Source of the DNA: Nostoc sp.
GTDB lineage: Bacteria > Cyanobacteriota > Cyanobacteriia > Cyanobacteriales > Nostocaceae
Assembly (NCBI GenBank): GCA_036918135.1
Contig: JBALDB010000056.1
Location: 224,001-288,000, forward strand
Direction of reading: 5' to 3'
Length of the DNA: 64,000 bases
A program made the translations under genes and the position numbers. This document shows, in pieces, positions 11,068-20,944 of the stretch. Position 1 is the first letter of the stretch, and each line of letters opens with the position of its first letter. Below the pieces are notes generated by a model. It had not been told where the DNA came from. It did no database searches and was given only the letters and a program-made list of their open reading frames with translations.

Positions 11068-11096
11068 ACCGCCCCCTCTTACCAGCGGTCAACAAA

Positions 11097-11144
11097 ACTA
11101 AACCGTCTAGTTCTAAAATACTAAACTAAACCGTACAGTTTAGT
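11097..11144. promoter_or_regulatory. Tandem TetR-type operator sites upstream of devB copy 2
   Basis: Inverted repeat ACTAAAC-cgtaca-GTTTAGT (11125-11144) and a degenerate copy ACTAAACcgtctaGTTCTAA (11097-11116), lying between devB and a divergent tetR. Confidence 0.7.
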
Positions 11145-11207
11145 CAATATCGCGGATCTAAACTTCGATTAATTTGTTCTAAACTAAAGGCTCGATTAAA
11201 AATATTT

Positions 11208-11334
11208 AGTAAGTTGGTACAAAAAAATCAAACTAAGTAAACAAAAGTAAACTAAGCTAAAACCCTTTTTTACCGTCCCTCGTCCCCCGTGCCTCCTACA
11301 TTATGCCAACAACAAATATTTACACCGATCTACT
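11208..11334. mobile_element. MITE-like element (AGTAAGTTGG...CCGATCTACT)
   Basis: Imperfect terminal inverted repeats; interior similar to 44658-44763. Confidence 0.55.
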
Positions 11335-11368
11335 TTGCCAAATTGTTTGAAAATAATAGCCTTTCTTA

Positions 11369-11575
11369 TAGCATGTTTGAAAAGTCAAAATATATACTCG
11401 AAACCTCACTTCCATTCCTCTCTCCTGCTTTTGAAAGGCTTTGAAACCCCCATTCCCTTGTACGCAACTCGCTACCCGATTAAATTCGGGCTAAGGTCAA
11501 ATTTAATCGGGATTAGGTCGGGGGGTTAGGTTCTGAGGCTTTTGGTGTTTCAGACAATACTTTCCAAACACCCTC
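11369..11575. mobile_element. MITE with IS5/IS1031-like ends and TTA flanks
   Basis: TTA-TAGCATGTTTGAAAAGT ... ACTTTCCAAACACCCTC-TTA; same end type as 35116-35245. Confidence 0.65.
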
Positions 11576-11647
11576 TTAGAGAAAAAAGATATTTTTAGTT
11601 TGAGTTTAATTAGTTCAATAGTACTTAACCGCAGAGGCTCGTTAGAA

Positions 11648-12265
11648 ATGACACGTATAAAAGCTAGTGAAATTGAGCGAGAAAATTCAAGCGATAAAAT
11701 CGAAAAAATTTTACAAGGGTCAAAGCAAGAGTTTTTAGCACATGGCTACACTGGCGCAAGTATGGATAGAGTAGCAATAGCAGCAGGTGTTTCTAAAGCA
11801 ACAATTTACAGCCATTTCCAAGATAAAGAAGGACTTTTTAAAGCTTTGATAGAGCAGTTAGCAAGAAAACGGTTTGAGTCAATTTTTGGCGCACAAACTT
11901 TAGAAGGAGAACCCAATATTGTATTACGGCAGTTATTAGCTAAAGCATTGACACAAATGGTTGAAGACAGTGAATTTCAAGCATTTCAGCGAGTAATAAT
12001 TGGGGAATCTGCTCGTTTTCCTGAGTTAGCTCAGATTCTCTTCCGCTGTATTGCTAAACCAGGAAGTGAGATTATCAGTCAATATTTGGCTTCTCGCTCA
12101 GAACTTAATATTCCCGATCCAGACGCAATGGTATGGGTATTGATGGGGTCGATAGTGCATTTAGTGATTGCTCAAGAGATTATGCATGGTAAGGAGATTT
12201 TACCAATGGAAAGCGATCGCTTAATTAATGCTTTAACACACTTGATTAATAAATGCGGTGAATAA
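11648..12265 (+). CDS. TetR/AcrR family transcriptional regulator
   Basis: HTH motif GYTGASMDRVAIAAGVSKATIYSHFQDKEGLF; divergent from devBCA copy 2. Confidence 0.93.
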   Translation: MTRIKASEIERENSSDKIEKILQGSKQEFLAHGYTGASMDRVAIAAGVSKATIYSHFQDKEGLFKALIEQLARKRFESIFGAQTLEGEPNIVLRQLLAKALTQMVEDSEFQAFQRVIIGESARFPELAQILFRCIAKPGSEIISQYLASRSELNIPDPDAMVWVLMGSIVHLVIAQEIMHGKEILPMESDRLINALTHLINKCGE

Positions 12266-12666
12266 AACTTGCTTGTAGGAAATATAAAATGAAGAATCGA
12301 AGAAGTATTAATTGCTTTTTAGAGGCTGTTTGAAAAGTATTGGGGCAATACAATTTGCTACTACACAAATGTAGGCAAAGCCTTACTGTAGGATAGTCCG
12401 CTTGGGCGGACTAACGGAAAATAAAGCTTTTTCTAGTTTTTTATCAAAGCACTGGCTAGTACTTTCTCAATATCAAATTGATAGTTTTACAAACTTATCT
12501 AATTGTATTGATTTTTCTTTTTATACAAAACTTAAAAATTTTCAATATCACCTGTAAAATAAATTAATTATTATAACAACAAATTTTATGTATTTTAAAG
12601 AATAAGTATAAGTTATAGACAATATTATTTTATGCATTTTATTTCAAAAATTGAGGAGTAAGCCTT

Positions 12667-13455
12667 GTGGTATTTATGACGCATCAATTATTCAAACTAT
12701 CAATCAAATATTTACCAGCAATTACAGCTTTAATTACAGTTTTTTCATTACCAGTTAAAGCCGCAACATTTTTTGTCAATCAAGGCGCTGCTTTTGGAGG
12801 TAATGATGAAGTTAATTGGTCGAGTTTAGGTAAAGTATTCAATCCCGCCACTCCTGATTTTTCTGTATTTTTACCTAACTCTTTTTCTGCAACATCCCAA
12901 GGGGATTTAGGATTAAATGTAAATATAACTCCAAGTAATAATCCTCAAATTACTCCACCATTTGTCTTTCAAACTTTACCTAATGGCATTCGGACTAACT
13001 TCGCATCAGGCGATTATATCCTGTTTGGAGGCATTGACCCAACAGGTTTTCAACCTCCTCCTCCTGGTACTCCCGCTCCTAATACTCTAGGTAATGGTAA
13101 GCCTTTTACTATCAGTTTTGACCAGCCTGTTTTTGGCGTTGGTACTCAGATAGCTGTAGACATTGGTAATTTAGAATATGAAACTTTTATCAGTGCTTTT
13201 GATAGTGCCAATAATTTGTTAGGTACTTTTTCAAGAGTAACTACTTCGTCACTAGCATTAGATAATTCCGCAGTGTTTTTGGGGATTCGTAGTGATACTC
13301 CAAATATCTCACGAGTAGTTTTTAGTAGTTCTCTTCCCCAATTCGGTTTGGCGATTAATCAAGTAAGCATCATCGGAGTTCCTGAACCAACTTATACTTT
13401 GGCAATATTAGTTTTTGGTATTTCAGGTACTGTTTTGATACGCCAACGCATTTGA
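12667..13455 (+). CDS. PEP-CTERM sorting-domain secreted protein
   Basis: Signal peptide ending PVKAAT; C-terminal VPEPT, hydrophobic helix and RQR. Confidence 0.85.
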   Translation: MVFMTHQLFKLSIKYLPAITALITVFSLPVKAATFFVNQGAAFGGNDEVNWSSLGKVFNPATPDFSVFLPNSFSATSQGDLGLNVNITPSNNPQITPPFVFQTLPNGIRTNFASGDYILFGGIDPTGFQPPPPGTPAPNTLGNGKPFTISFDQPVFGVGTQIAVDIGNLEYETFISAFDSANNLLGTFSRVTTSSLALDNSAVFLGIRSDTPNISRVVFSSSLPQFGLAINQVSIIGVPEPTYTLAILVFGISGTVLIRQRI

Positions 13456-13589
13456 TACTCCTACAAGGTAAAATAGTTTTAATTAAAAAGGCCTATCTAA
13501 TAAGCCTTTTTTACTTTGGGAGAGAGGTACTCGATATGATTCCCAATTATAAAAGTTAACACTTTTCCTTAATAAGTGAACTATAAAAG

Positions 13590-14180
13590 CTAGTTAACCC
13601 AACGTTTAGTAGCTTCTGCAATGCGTTGTCCAAAGCGTTGTGAAGTGAGATAGTCACCTGAATCTAGTACTGCTTCTTTCCCACTCATATCGAGTTGGCT
13701 TTGACCCATGACACCTAAAAATCCGCCTAGTCGATTAACCCCATCATCTTTCCCAAACAAAAAGCTTTGCAAGTCGCCAACGTTTACCCAAATCATGCCA
13801 TGCTGGGCGGCGTTGGTGGCTAAATACAAGAGTGTACTTTGCTTATCACCACTGAGAGAGCTAGAGTGAGTGAAGCCCCCAGCAATTTTGTCCTTCCACC
13901 CATGTCGGAACCAAACTTCGCTACCAGTATCAATAAAAGCCTTGAACTGAGCTGCTACACCACCCATATAGGTAGGAGAGCCGAAAACAATCGCGTCCGC
14001 TTGATTGAGGGTTGCCATCATCGAATCATTCTTCCAACGACCATTGATAATCTGCTCTCCCTCAATTCGCAGCAGATTAACAGTGATGTCTTCAACTTTA
14101 CTTGCACCTTCAGCAATAGCTTGGGCCATAAGATGAGTATGTCCTGCACCTGAGAAGTAGACAATTGCAATTGTGGGCAT
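13590..14180 (-). CDS. Flavodoxin-like WrbA family NAD(P)H:quinone oxidoreductase
   Basis: YFSGAGHT FMN loop, FGSPTYMG and WKDKIAGGF. Confidence 0.9.
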   Translation of the reverse strand: MPTIAIVYFSGAGHTHLMAQAIAEGASKVEDITVNLLRIEGEQIINGRWKNDSMMATLNQADAIVFGSPTYMGGVAAQFKAFIDTGSEVWFRHGWKDKIAGGFTHSSSLSGDKQSTLLYLATNAAQHGMIWVNVGDLQSFLFGKDDGVNRLGGFLGVMGQSQLDMSGKEAVLDSGDYLTSQRFGQRIAEATKRWVN

Positions 14181-14376
14181 AAAAACTTAAGTCAATCTAG
14201 TAATTAATAGAGAGTTTCGCACAACTCAGACAAACCTTTAAAAATAAGTATATAGCGATGTATATAACAATTCTTATTTGAATTAAGTAAATAGGGTAGC
14301 ACAGCTGTGCTACCTACGGATATCTGCGTTTTTCTGTATCTTACTCAAACGCAAACCGCACTCAATCCATTGCCCT

Positions 14377-14745
14377 TCATACCTTCTGCATATTTTGACT
14401 GATGGGGTCAAAACCTTTAGAAAAACGGGTACTTTCATCGTAGTAAGCGCCAGTTAAATTCGCTCCATACAATTTGGCATATTTGAGTTTGGCTCCTCGA
14501 AGATTCGCTTCATTAAGTTTGACACCGCTCAAATTAGCTCTAGTCAAGTTCGCCTTGGCTAAGTTAGCTCTACTCAAATCTGCTCCCCAGAGTTTGGCTT
14601 TAGCGAGATTAGCTCCACTCAAGTCAGATCCCCATAAATTAATTCCAGGTAAGTAAGCTCCAATCAGCTTGTCCCTAATTAAGTTGATGGCTGGAAAATA
14701 TCTCTCCCCTGCGGCATAACGCCTTTTCAATTCCTCAGCATCCAT
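14377..14745 (-). CDS. Pentapeptide repeat protein
   Basis: A(N/D)LXX repeats and an MDAEELKRRYAAGERYF N-terminus. Confidence 0.92.
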   Translation of the reverse strand: MDAEELKRRYAAGERYFPAINLIRDKLIGAYLPGINLWGSDLSGANLAKAKLWGADLSRANLAKANLTRANLSGVKLNEANLRGAKLKYAKLYGANLTGAYYDESTRFSKGFDPISQNMQKV

Positions 14746-15058
14746 GCATCACATTCACCTTTTTTAACAATACAGAAGTTATTTGTTCCCATTCTTGATT
14801 TAGCCCTCCTAAAAATTCTACCTGGCCACTGCGTCGATACCAGTAACGGGCATTGTTTAAATCACCCTCTTTGCGGTGCAGGTAAGCATGAACCCAAGCA
14901 CTATCAGCATCGCTAGCATCTTGAACTATTTCATGAGCTTTACTCCAATCACCTTTGTTGTCATACCACATTGCTTGCAGCGCTTTTGGCAATGTCTGAG
15001 GACATGGGCGCTGTTTCTCAATCAATCGCAAGAATTCTTCTGTATTCACGATCGCCAC
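14735..15058 (-). CDS. Conserved hypothetical helical protein
   Basis: GDWSKAHEIVQD...AWVHAYLHRKEGDLNNARYWY motif; overlaps the start of the next gene. Confidence 0.8.
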   Translation of the reverse strand: MAIVNTEEFLRLIEKQRPCPQTLPKALQAMWYDNKGDWSKAHEIVQDASDADSAWVHAYLHRKEGDLNNARYWYRRSGQVEFLGGLNQEWEQITSVLLKKVNVMHGC

Positions 15059-15178
15059 CCAACAAAAATCAAACTTCTATCTTTAAGATACTCCTGACAG
15101 GAGCGAGGAAACTGAGTATTCGATATTAAGTATTGGATTGGGAAGAAATTTTCTCAATCCCTAGTTCCCAGTCTCCTT

Positions 15179-15754
15179 TTATATCTGCCTGACTGGAATA
15201 ACTTCAAACTCAAAGGTACTAATTAAACGGTCAGCAATATAGACCTCTATTTTATACTTACCAACTGGGTCGCCAGGAGCGATCGTCCAAAAATTCTCAA
15301 TTACGCCGTCAGGAGCAGACTGTGTACGCCGCGTTACAGATGTAGTACCGTCTGCTGAGATTGAGAAATCTTCACCACTATCTGTACCCCAAGTTTCTGG
15401 AGGTTTTGGTAACCGCAAGACTTCACGCCATTTAACTTCACCTTGGTAATCTTGGAGTTTAATTCGCCAACCGTAGGCGTTTCCTTGCTGGAGTGGCACT
15501 GTTGTTGTTTGGAAAATGGTAACGTTACCTTTAGCGTCAACTCTCTTCAACCCAAACTCAGCGTTACTAACAGTAATCTTTTTCAGGCTTGTTGGTGTAG
15601 GAAATGGTGTGATATTTTGTCCGATAAGAGAACTAGCGGCGATCGGCTTAGAAGCTATAACCCCAAATATTAGCCAAGAAGAAGCTAGCACAGCAGCAGT
15701 AGCCAAAATTCTCATTTTTTTGGTTTTCCTGTCAGACGTTTGGTACTTATTCAA
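15179..15754 (-). CDS. Hypothetical secreted protein
   Basis: Signal-peptide-like N-terminus followed by a beta-rich C-terminal domain. Confidence 0.7.
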   Translation of the reverse strand: MNKYQTSDRKTKKMRILATAAVLASSWLIFGVIASKPIAASSLIGQNITPFPTPTSLKKITVSNAEFGLKRVDAKGNVTIFQTTTVPLQQGNAYGWRIKLQDYQGEVKWREVLRLPKPPETWGTDSGEDFSISADGTTSVTRRTQSAPDGVIENFWTIAPGDPVGKYKIEVYIADRLISTFEFEVIPVRQI

Positions 15755-15924
15755 TTAATCTGACATGTTTTCCGGGTCAAGATTGCTTATAGTTGGACAA
15801 AGACTAAAGCTTTGTTGTTTGACAAAACTCCGATTTGGAGAAAATATTTTATTTTTACCAAATTAGTTGGTAGTATAAGGTTTGAGTTAAAAATACCTAA
15901 CAACTTCAAGGCTTTAGTAAACAG

Positions 15925-16875
15925 ATGAAAGAATATTTTTTGGTAAGTTCTTTAGTAGCTTGTGCCTTTGCGACTCTAATACCAAATCAAGCTTTTGCCG
16001 CCGATTTCAACTTATATGGGGCAGGAAGTTTAAGAGATGCACTAACGGAAGTCAGTCAAGACTTTACTCAAGAAACAGGCTACACAGTGAATACAGTCTT
16101 TGGGCCTTCAGGAATTAGAGAGCAAGCAATAGAAACAGAACTCCAACTCGGACAGCGTACTGCTGATGTGTTTGCTAGTGCAGATATTGGGAATCCACAA
16201 AAACTCTACATTAAAGGATTAAGCAGTCAACCAATAGAATTTACTCGAAACCAAATCGTTGCAGTGTTTTCCTCCAAGTATTCCCAAGTACAAATTACAT
16301 CTAATCAGGTGTTGGATTACTTACTAAATCCCAATATCAAGGTAGGAACTTCAACACCCATAGCAGATCCTCTTGGTGACTACACTCAACAAATATTCAC
16401 TCAAGCTGATTCAAAAAGACCTGGAAGTTTTGATGCTCTCAATAGTAAAGCTTTGCAATTAACAGGTGGGGCTAATTCACCGACAGTCCCATCAGGGCAG
16501 AATAGCTTAGTTTACTTCTTAGACACTACTCAGCAGGCAGATGTTTTCTTGACTTACTATACTGGTGCTATTGCATCGCAAAAAATCGATCCAAGTCTAC
16601 AAATAGTTAAGCTACCAGATTATTTATCTGTTGCAGCACCATTTGGTTTAACAGTTCTTAAAAATGCCGATCCGAATGCACAGAAACTAGCAGATTACAT
16701 TCTGTCATCAAAAGGACAGCAAATTTTGCATAATTATGGATTTAGTAGCCCCAGTCAATCAGTACCTGAGTCTGACTATGTGTATGGACTATTACTGTCT
16801 GCGGCTATAAGTTTAGTACTTAAGAAAAAATCGACCGAGCAAAAGCGAAATTTACAAACTTCAAATTTGAGATAA
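15925..16875 (+). CDS. ModA-like oxyanion (molybdate/tungstate) binding protein with a PEP-CTERM-like tail
   Basis: AFA signal cleavage site; GAGSL, FGPSG, ADVFASAD and STPIADPLGDY motifs; ILHNYGF; then VPES, a hydrophobic stretch and KKK. Confidence 0.78.
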   Translation: MKEYFLVSSLVACAFATLIPNQAFAADFNLYGAGSLRDALTEVSQDFTQETGYTVNTVFGPSGIREQAIETELQLGQRTADVFASADIGNPQKLYIKGLSSQPIEFTRNQIVAVFSSKYSQVQITSNQVLDYLLNPNIKVGTSTPIADPLGDYTQQIFTQADSKRPGSFDALNSKALQLTGGANSPTVPSGQNSLVYFLDTTQQADVFLTYYTGAIASQKIDPSLQIVKLPDYLSVAAPFGLTVLKNADPNAQKLADYILSSKGQQILHNYGFSSPSQSVPESDYVYGLLLSAAISLVLKKKSTEQKRNLQTSNLR

Positions 16876-17057
16876 ACTCAATTAAGATGACGGCGATAGC
16901 GAAATGGCGATCGCTGTCAATAATTATTGATTATAAAGTTTAGCTTGGGTTTATTTGGTATAGGTAAAAGGTAAGTGATATTCTGAAATTGGTAGGGATT
17001 CAAGTTTCAGAAAAAATTAAATACATAAACTACAAACACCTGACTTGTATTACAAAG

Positions 17058-17639
17058 CTAATTCAATTTTTGAACTCCTATTTTGCTTACTTCATAACCT
17101 TTTTGAACAGTGTGATAAGTTCTTCGCCATTTTTCTAGATAATCTATAGATATAGATTTAGATGTGACATTTACCCCATTTCCTCGCCAAGCAACTTCGG
17201 GATCAGTTGTAAAAACTCCGCATTCTAGTTGGTCTAGCCTGATATTCCAATATTCACTAAATCGACCTTTTAAGGTAATAACTTGTTCAAATACTTTATT
17301 TCTATGTTTATTTCTTCTTTTTCTTTCTGTCGCTCCTGTTGCTTCTGTATCAATAAACTTAGTTTCAATTAAAAACAGACTACCTTTAAATGTCAGGTAA
17401 ACAAAATCGCACTTACCTAAATCTGTATAATCTGATATTGGCGATTTTTCAAATAACAACAATTCAGCGCACGAGGGAAATAATTCTTTGATATTTAAAA
17501 ATAAATAAGCCTGCAACAAAAGTTCTTTATCATAAGGAAACAACAGCACCCCTTCAAAAAATTTTTGAATGTCCTCCTGAGTTTGGGGTTGAGTTCTTTT
17601 ACAGTATGAAACAAATTTATGTAGCTCGTTGACAATCAT
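17058..17639 (-). CDS. Hypothetical protein with a PD-(D/E)xK nuclease-like motif
   Basis: GKCDFVY...LFLIETK. An AAGGAG RBS supports a start at ~17639 rather than 17699. Confidence 0.6.
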   Translation of the reverse strand: MIVNELHKFVSYCKRTQPQTQEDIQKFFEGVLLFPYDKELLLQAYLFLNIKELFPSCAELLLFEKSPISDYTDLGKCDFVYLTFKGSLFLIETKFIDTEATGATERKRRNKHRNKVFEQVITLKGRFSEYWNIRLDQLECGVFTTDPEVAWRGNGVNVTSKSISIDYLEKWRRTYHTVQKGYEVSKIGVQKLN

Positions 17640-17840
17640 CAATTTATAACTCCTTCCCCCGGTCGCAGCCTTAAGGTTCATGGCATCAAAAGATACCATT
17701 TCCTTAAGAGAAATTTCATCCGCATAAGTAACTAAAAAAACTATTAAAACCCTAGCTAATTAAGGTAATCTACTGTTGACAGTTGAGGAAAACTCATCTT
17801 TAATTTGCTTTCAGTACTGCTGCACTTTCGACTTTTAACA

Positions 17841-19193
17841 TCAGTTACTAGTTAGAGATTTTATATGAGCAGGAAAACTAGCGTTTTGCAAAGCTTGAAC
17901 AGTTATTCTGGAATCTTGTACGCAAAATTGCCAACCTAAGCGAACAAGCTTACGTGAATTTTCAGTTTGGATAACTCCGATTACTGGCATTTTTGCCTTT
18001 TCTTTATCTGGTGAGTGTTCTTGCAATATTTTTTTCAAGCGGTGTAATTCTTCAATATTAACTGCTTGTTGGGGATTTAATTCCACCATTACCATCTGTA
18101 CTGTTTCCACTGGTTCTGCATCTTCAAGAATAAATTGAGTTTGCTCGTCACGTCGATCTACTTTTCCCCAAATAATCAATCTGGTATCAACTTGCAGTAG
18201 GGAAGTAATGCGTTCATAGGTTTTGGGAAAGACTACAGCTTCTAGTTGTGTAGTTAAGTCTTCTATTTGCAAAATTGCCATTTGATCGCCTTTTTTAGTA
18301 ACGACTTTTTTGACATTATTTAACATCACAACTGCACAAAGTCGTGTATCTTCCCTTTGTTCTCCAAGCTGTGAAAGGTTAATTGGAGTTAAAAGTGGTA
18401 CTATTTGCCGTAAAGATTTCAGTGGATGATCTGATACATAAAAACCTAATAATTCTTTCTCCATCTGTAATTTTTTCTGTGGAGGAAAATCCGGCACAGG
18501 TTTAGCTTTAGGAGCAGTTTCAAAGGCATTATTTACTCTTTTGTTTTGATTTTGAGAAAATCCATTACCTAATAAATCAAAGAGATTGCCTTGACCGCTG
18601 GCTCTATCTTTAGCGCGAGATTGTGCCCAATCATATACCAATTCTAGGTCATGAATTAACTGTTGGCGGTTAGTTTCAATTTTATCAAAGGCTCCACAGT
18701 AAATGAGTGACTCTAAAGTTCGGCGGTTAACTGCACGTAAATCTACACGATCGCAAAAATCAGCTAGGGATTTAAATTCTCCTGTCTCATTTCTAGCTGA
18801 CAAAATACAGGCGATCGCATTCTGTCCCACATTACGTACTGCCGAAAATCCAAACAAAATCTTTCCTGCGGTTGGTGTAAAATCAACACCAGAACGATTA
18901 ATATTTGGCGGATCTATGGGAATACCCATATTTGTACAGTTAGTGATATATTTCTGTACCTTATCTGTATCGCCACTGTTAGCCGTCAACAGCGCCGCCA
19001 TATATTCCAATGGATAATTAGCTTTTAAATATGCTGTTTGATAAGTTACATAGCCATAGGCAGTTGAATGGGATTTATTGAAACAATTAGAAGCTATCAA
19101 ACCATTTTTGATTGCAAAATTGTGGTCACACTCAACCCCAATATCATAGACATTTTGTTTGCCTAAATATTTGCGTGTTATTATTTTTACCAT
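17841..19193 (-). CDS. dnaE: DNA polymerase III alpha subunit C-terminal half with split intein IntC
   Basis: MVKIITRKYLGKQNVYDIGVECDHNFAIKNGLIASN followed by the extein CFNKSHSTAY; OB-fold region VTKKGDQMAIL. Confidence 0.97.
   Translation of the reverse strand: MVKIITRKYLGKQNVYDIGVECDHNFAIKNGLIASNCFNKSHSTAYGYVTYQTAYLKANYPLEYMAALLTANSGDTDKVQKYITNCTNMGIPIDPPNINRSGVDFTPTAGKILFGFSAVRNVGQNAIACILSARNETGEFKSLADFCDRVDLRAVNRRTLESLIYCGAFDKIETNRQQLIHDLELVYDWAQSRAKDRASGQGNLFDLLGNGFSQNQNKRVNNAFETAPKAKPVPDFPPQKKLQMEKELLGFYVSDHPLKSLRQIVPLLTPINLSQLGEQREDTRLCAVVMLNNVKKVVTKKGDQMAILQIEDLTTQLEAVVFPKTYERITSLLQVDTRLIIWGKVDRRDEQTQFILEDAEPVETVQMVMVELNPQQAVNIEELHRLKKILQEHSPDKEKAKMPVIGVIQTENSRKLVRLGWQFCVQDSRITVQALQNASFPAHIKSLTSN
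19086..19193 (-). other. DnaE split intein C-terminal fragment (36 aa)
   Basis: Block F VYDIGV..DHNF, terminal Asn and +1 Cys. Confidence 0.95.
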
Positions 19194-19467
19194 CTTATTA
19201 CCTCTGTAAACAAATTTTGCAAACAAAATTAATTGATTAATAAAATGATGAAAATTGTAGATGGTGTATTACTGATAATACCATTCCTCAACGAAAGGAA
19301 ACATTGCTATACTCTTACACAAAATTAACCACAATATATCAAAAGTTTAATAAACAAATAAACAAACAGTTAATAGCCAGATAATTGAGGTTTTAAAAAC
19401 TTATTAAACACATTTAAATAGATATTAATCCGCTTGGTCAAAGAAATTACCCATTGTCTAGTACCAG

Positions 19468-20448
19468 TTAAACTTTAGGCGAACTCAGGGCATTCAATAA
19501 TAGCAGTGACCACGGCACTTTAATATCGGGTATGAGCGATGAATACTTTCTCAGTATAGGCAATGCAGCTGGCAGCACAAAACGTAGAGAGCGTAACGAC
19601 CCAGGTCGATCGCCATTTTCATCGACAATTCCATATTGGTTTGCGAGTTCGGCAACAATTTGCACGCGTCCTGTACGACGCATGATATTTGGATCGCCAG
19701 CGAGTTGAGCGATCGCTCGTCCGGTGAATAATGGTGTTTCCCAGTTGTAGCGTTCGCTGAAGAATGAGTTATTGCGATCGCTAGCATTTGTTTGGTTCGC
19801 TTCAGAAGCAAAACGGGAAAAAAGCTCAGTACCAACAATACCCGGCCAAATTGAAACCGAAGCGACATTGTAGGGCTTGAGTTCAACAGCCATATCAGCG
19901 GCTAGGCGATCGCAGGCTATTTTCCCAACACCGTATCCTACATTAAAGATATAAGACATGCTTCCCCAAGAAGAAATAGTGCAAATGAGTCCAGACTTTT
20001 GCTTGGTCATCATTCGGGCAGCAAAAATACTCGCTACATAATGGCTGCGAAGACCAACATTGTTGCAAGCATCCCAAAGACTCGGTTCACTATCCCAAAA
20101 AGGCTGCCCAGAAGCGTCTCTTAAGGCCTGAACTCCTGAGTAAGCATTATTTACCAGCAAATCGAGTCGTCCATTTTGCTCGTCTTGGATGCTCTCAAAG
20201 AGCAAACGCACCTGCTCATCGTCGCTGTGGTCTAGTTGGACGGGAATGCATACACCACCGACTTGCTCAACGGCTGATTGCGTTTCAGTTAGAGTCCCGG
20301 AAATATCATCATTGGCAGAGGAATTGTGCAAACTGCGACCCGTAATGTAGACAGTTGCCCCTGCTTCACCGAGACCAATGGCAATTCCCCGACCGATTCC
20401 CCGCGTTGCACCTGTGACTAATGTAACTTTACCTTTGAGGTGTTTCAT
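19468..20448 (-). CDS. SDR family oxidoreductase (DHRS1-like)
   Basis: TGATRGIG Rossmann motif, LVNNA and YGVGK catalytic motif. Confidence 0.92.
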   Translation of the reverse strand: MKHLKGKVTLVTGATRGIGRGIAIGLGEAGATVYITGRSLHNSSANDDISGTLTETQSAVEQVGGVCIPVQLDHSDDEQVRLLFESIQDEQNGRLDLLVNNAYSGVQALRDASGQPFWDSEPSLWDACNNVGLRSHYVASIFAARMMTKQKSGLICTISSWGSMSYIFNVGYGVGKIACDRLAADMAVELKPYNVASVSIWPGIVGTELFSRFASEANQTNASDRNNSFFSERYNWETPLFTGRAIAQLAGDPNIMRRTGRVQIVAELANQYGIVDENGDRPGSLRSLRFVLPAALPILRKYSSLIPDIKVPWSLLLLNALSSPKV

Positions 20449-20467
20449 GATTGCTGATGAAATATGT

Positions 20468-20872
20468 TTACACTGTCCAACCCTGTATTTTCAAGTTTGG
20501 AACTTTGCTAAAGTCGCTAGTGTTACGAGTCAATAATACTAAGTCCGGTGATGCAATTGCAGCTATTCTTAAATCCATCGTGGCTATGCGAACTCTTTGC
20601 GCTCGTAATCCTTCAAATATAGCTACTGCTCCAACATCGAATGGTAAAATTGGTGCTGCCGAAAACCCCTGAATGATTTCCATTAGCAGAGTATATCCCC
20701 GAACTATATCAGCAGGTGTTTGGGAACGAGTAATAAAGCTATGAGCGCCAATTACTTGCTCGTGGAAACTGACAATAGAAAAAGCAAAATCTGTGAGTTG
20801 ATGCTGGGCAATACGAGCAGCTAATATTAAAAACTCTGTTCCTGAGCGTCGTTGCAGAAAACTGATATGGTC
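20468..20872 (-). pseudogene. vapC: VapC/PIN toxin lacking its extreme N-terminus
   Basis: DHISFLQR...SFHEQ...ATMDLRIAAIA...LLTRNTSDFSKVPNLKIQGW is PIN-like. The first strand with the first catalytic Asp (xxLDT) is replaced by unrelated sequence, and no vapB is present. Confidence 0.75.
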
Positions 20873-20944
20873 ACCGTTTACGAGCCTGACTCCAACCTCT
20901 GGAACATTGACTTTACCCGAAGGAGAAGCAACGATGAGCAGTAA
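20870..20944 (+). pseudogene. C-terminal remnant of a DUF4258-like toxin
   Basis: Reads VTVYEPDSNLWNIDFTRRRSNDEQ* and overlaps the start of the YgiT-type gene, as in DUF4258/YgiT pairs. Confidence 0.65.
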
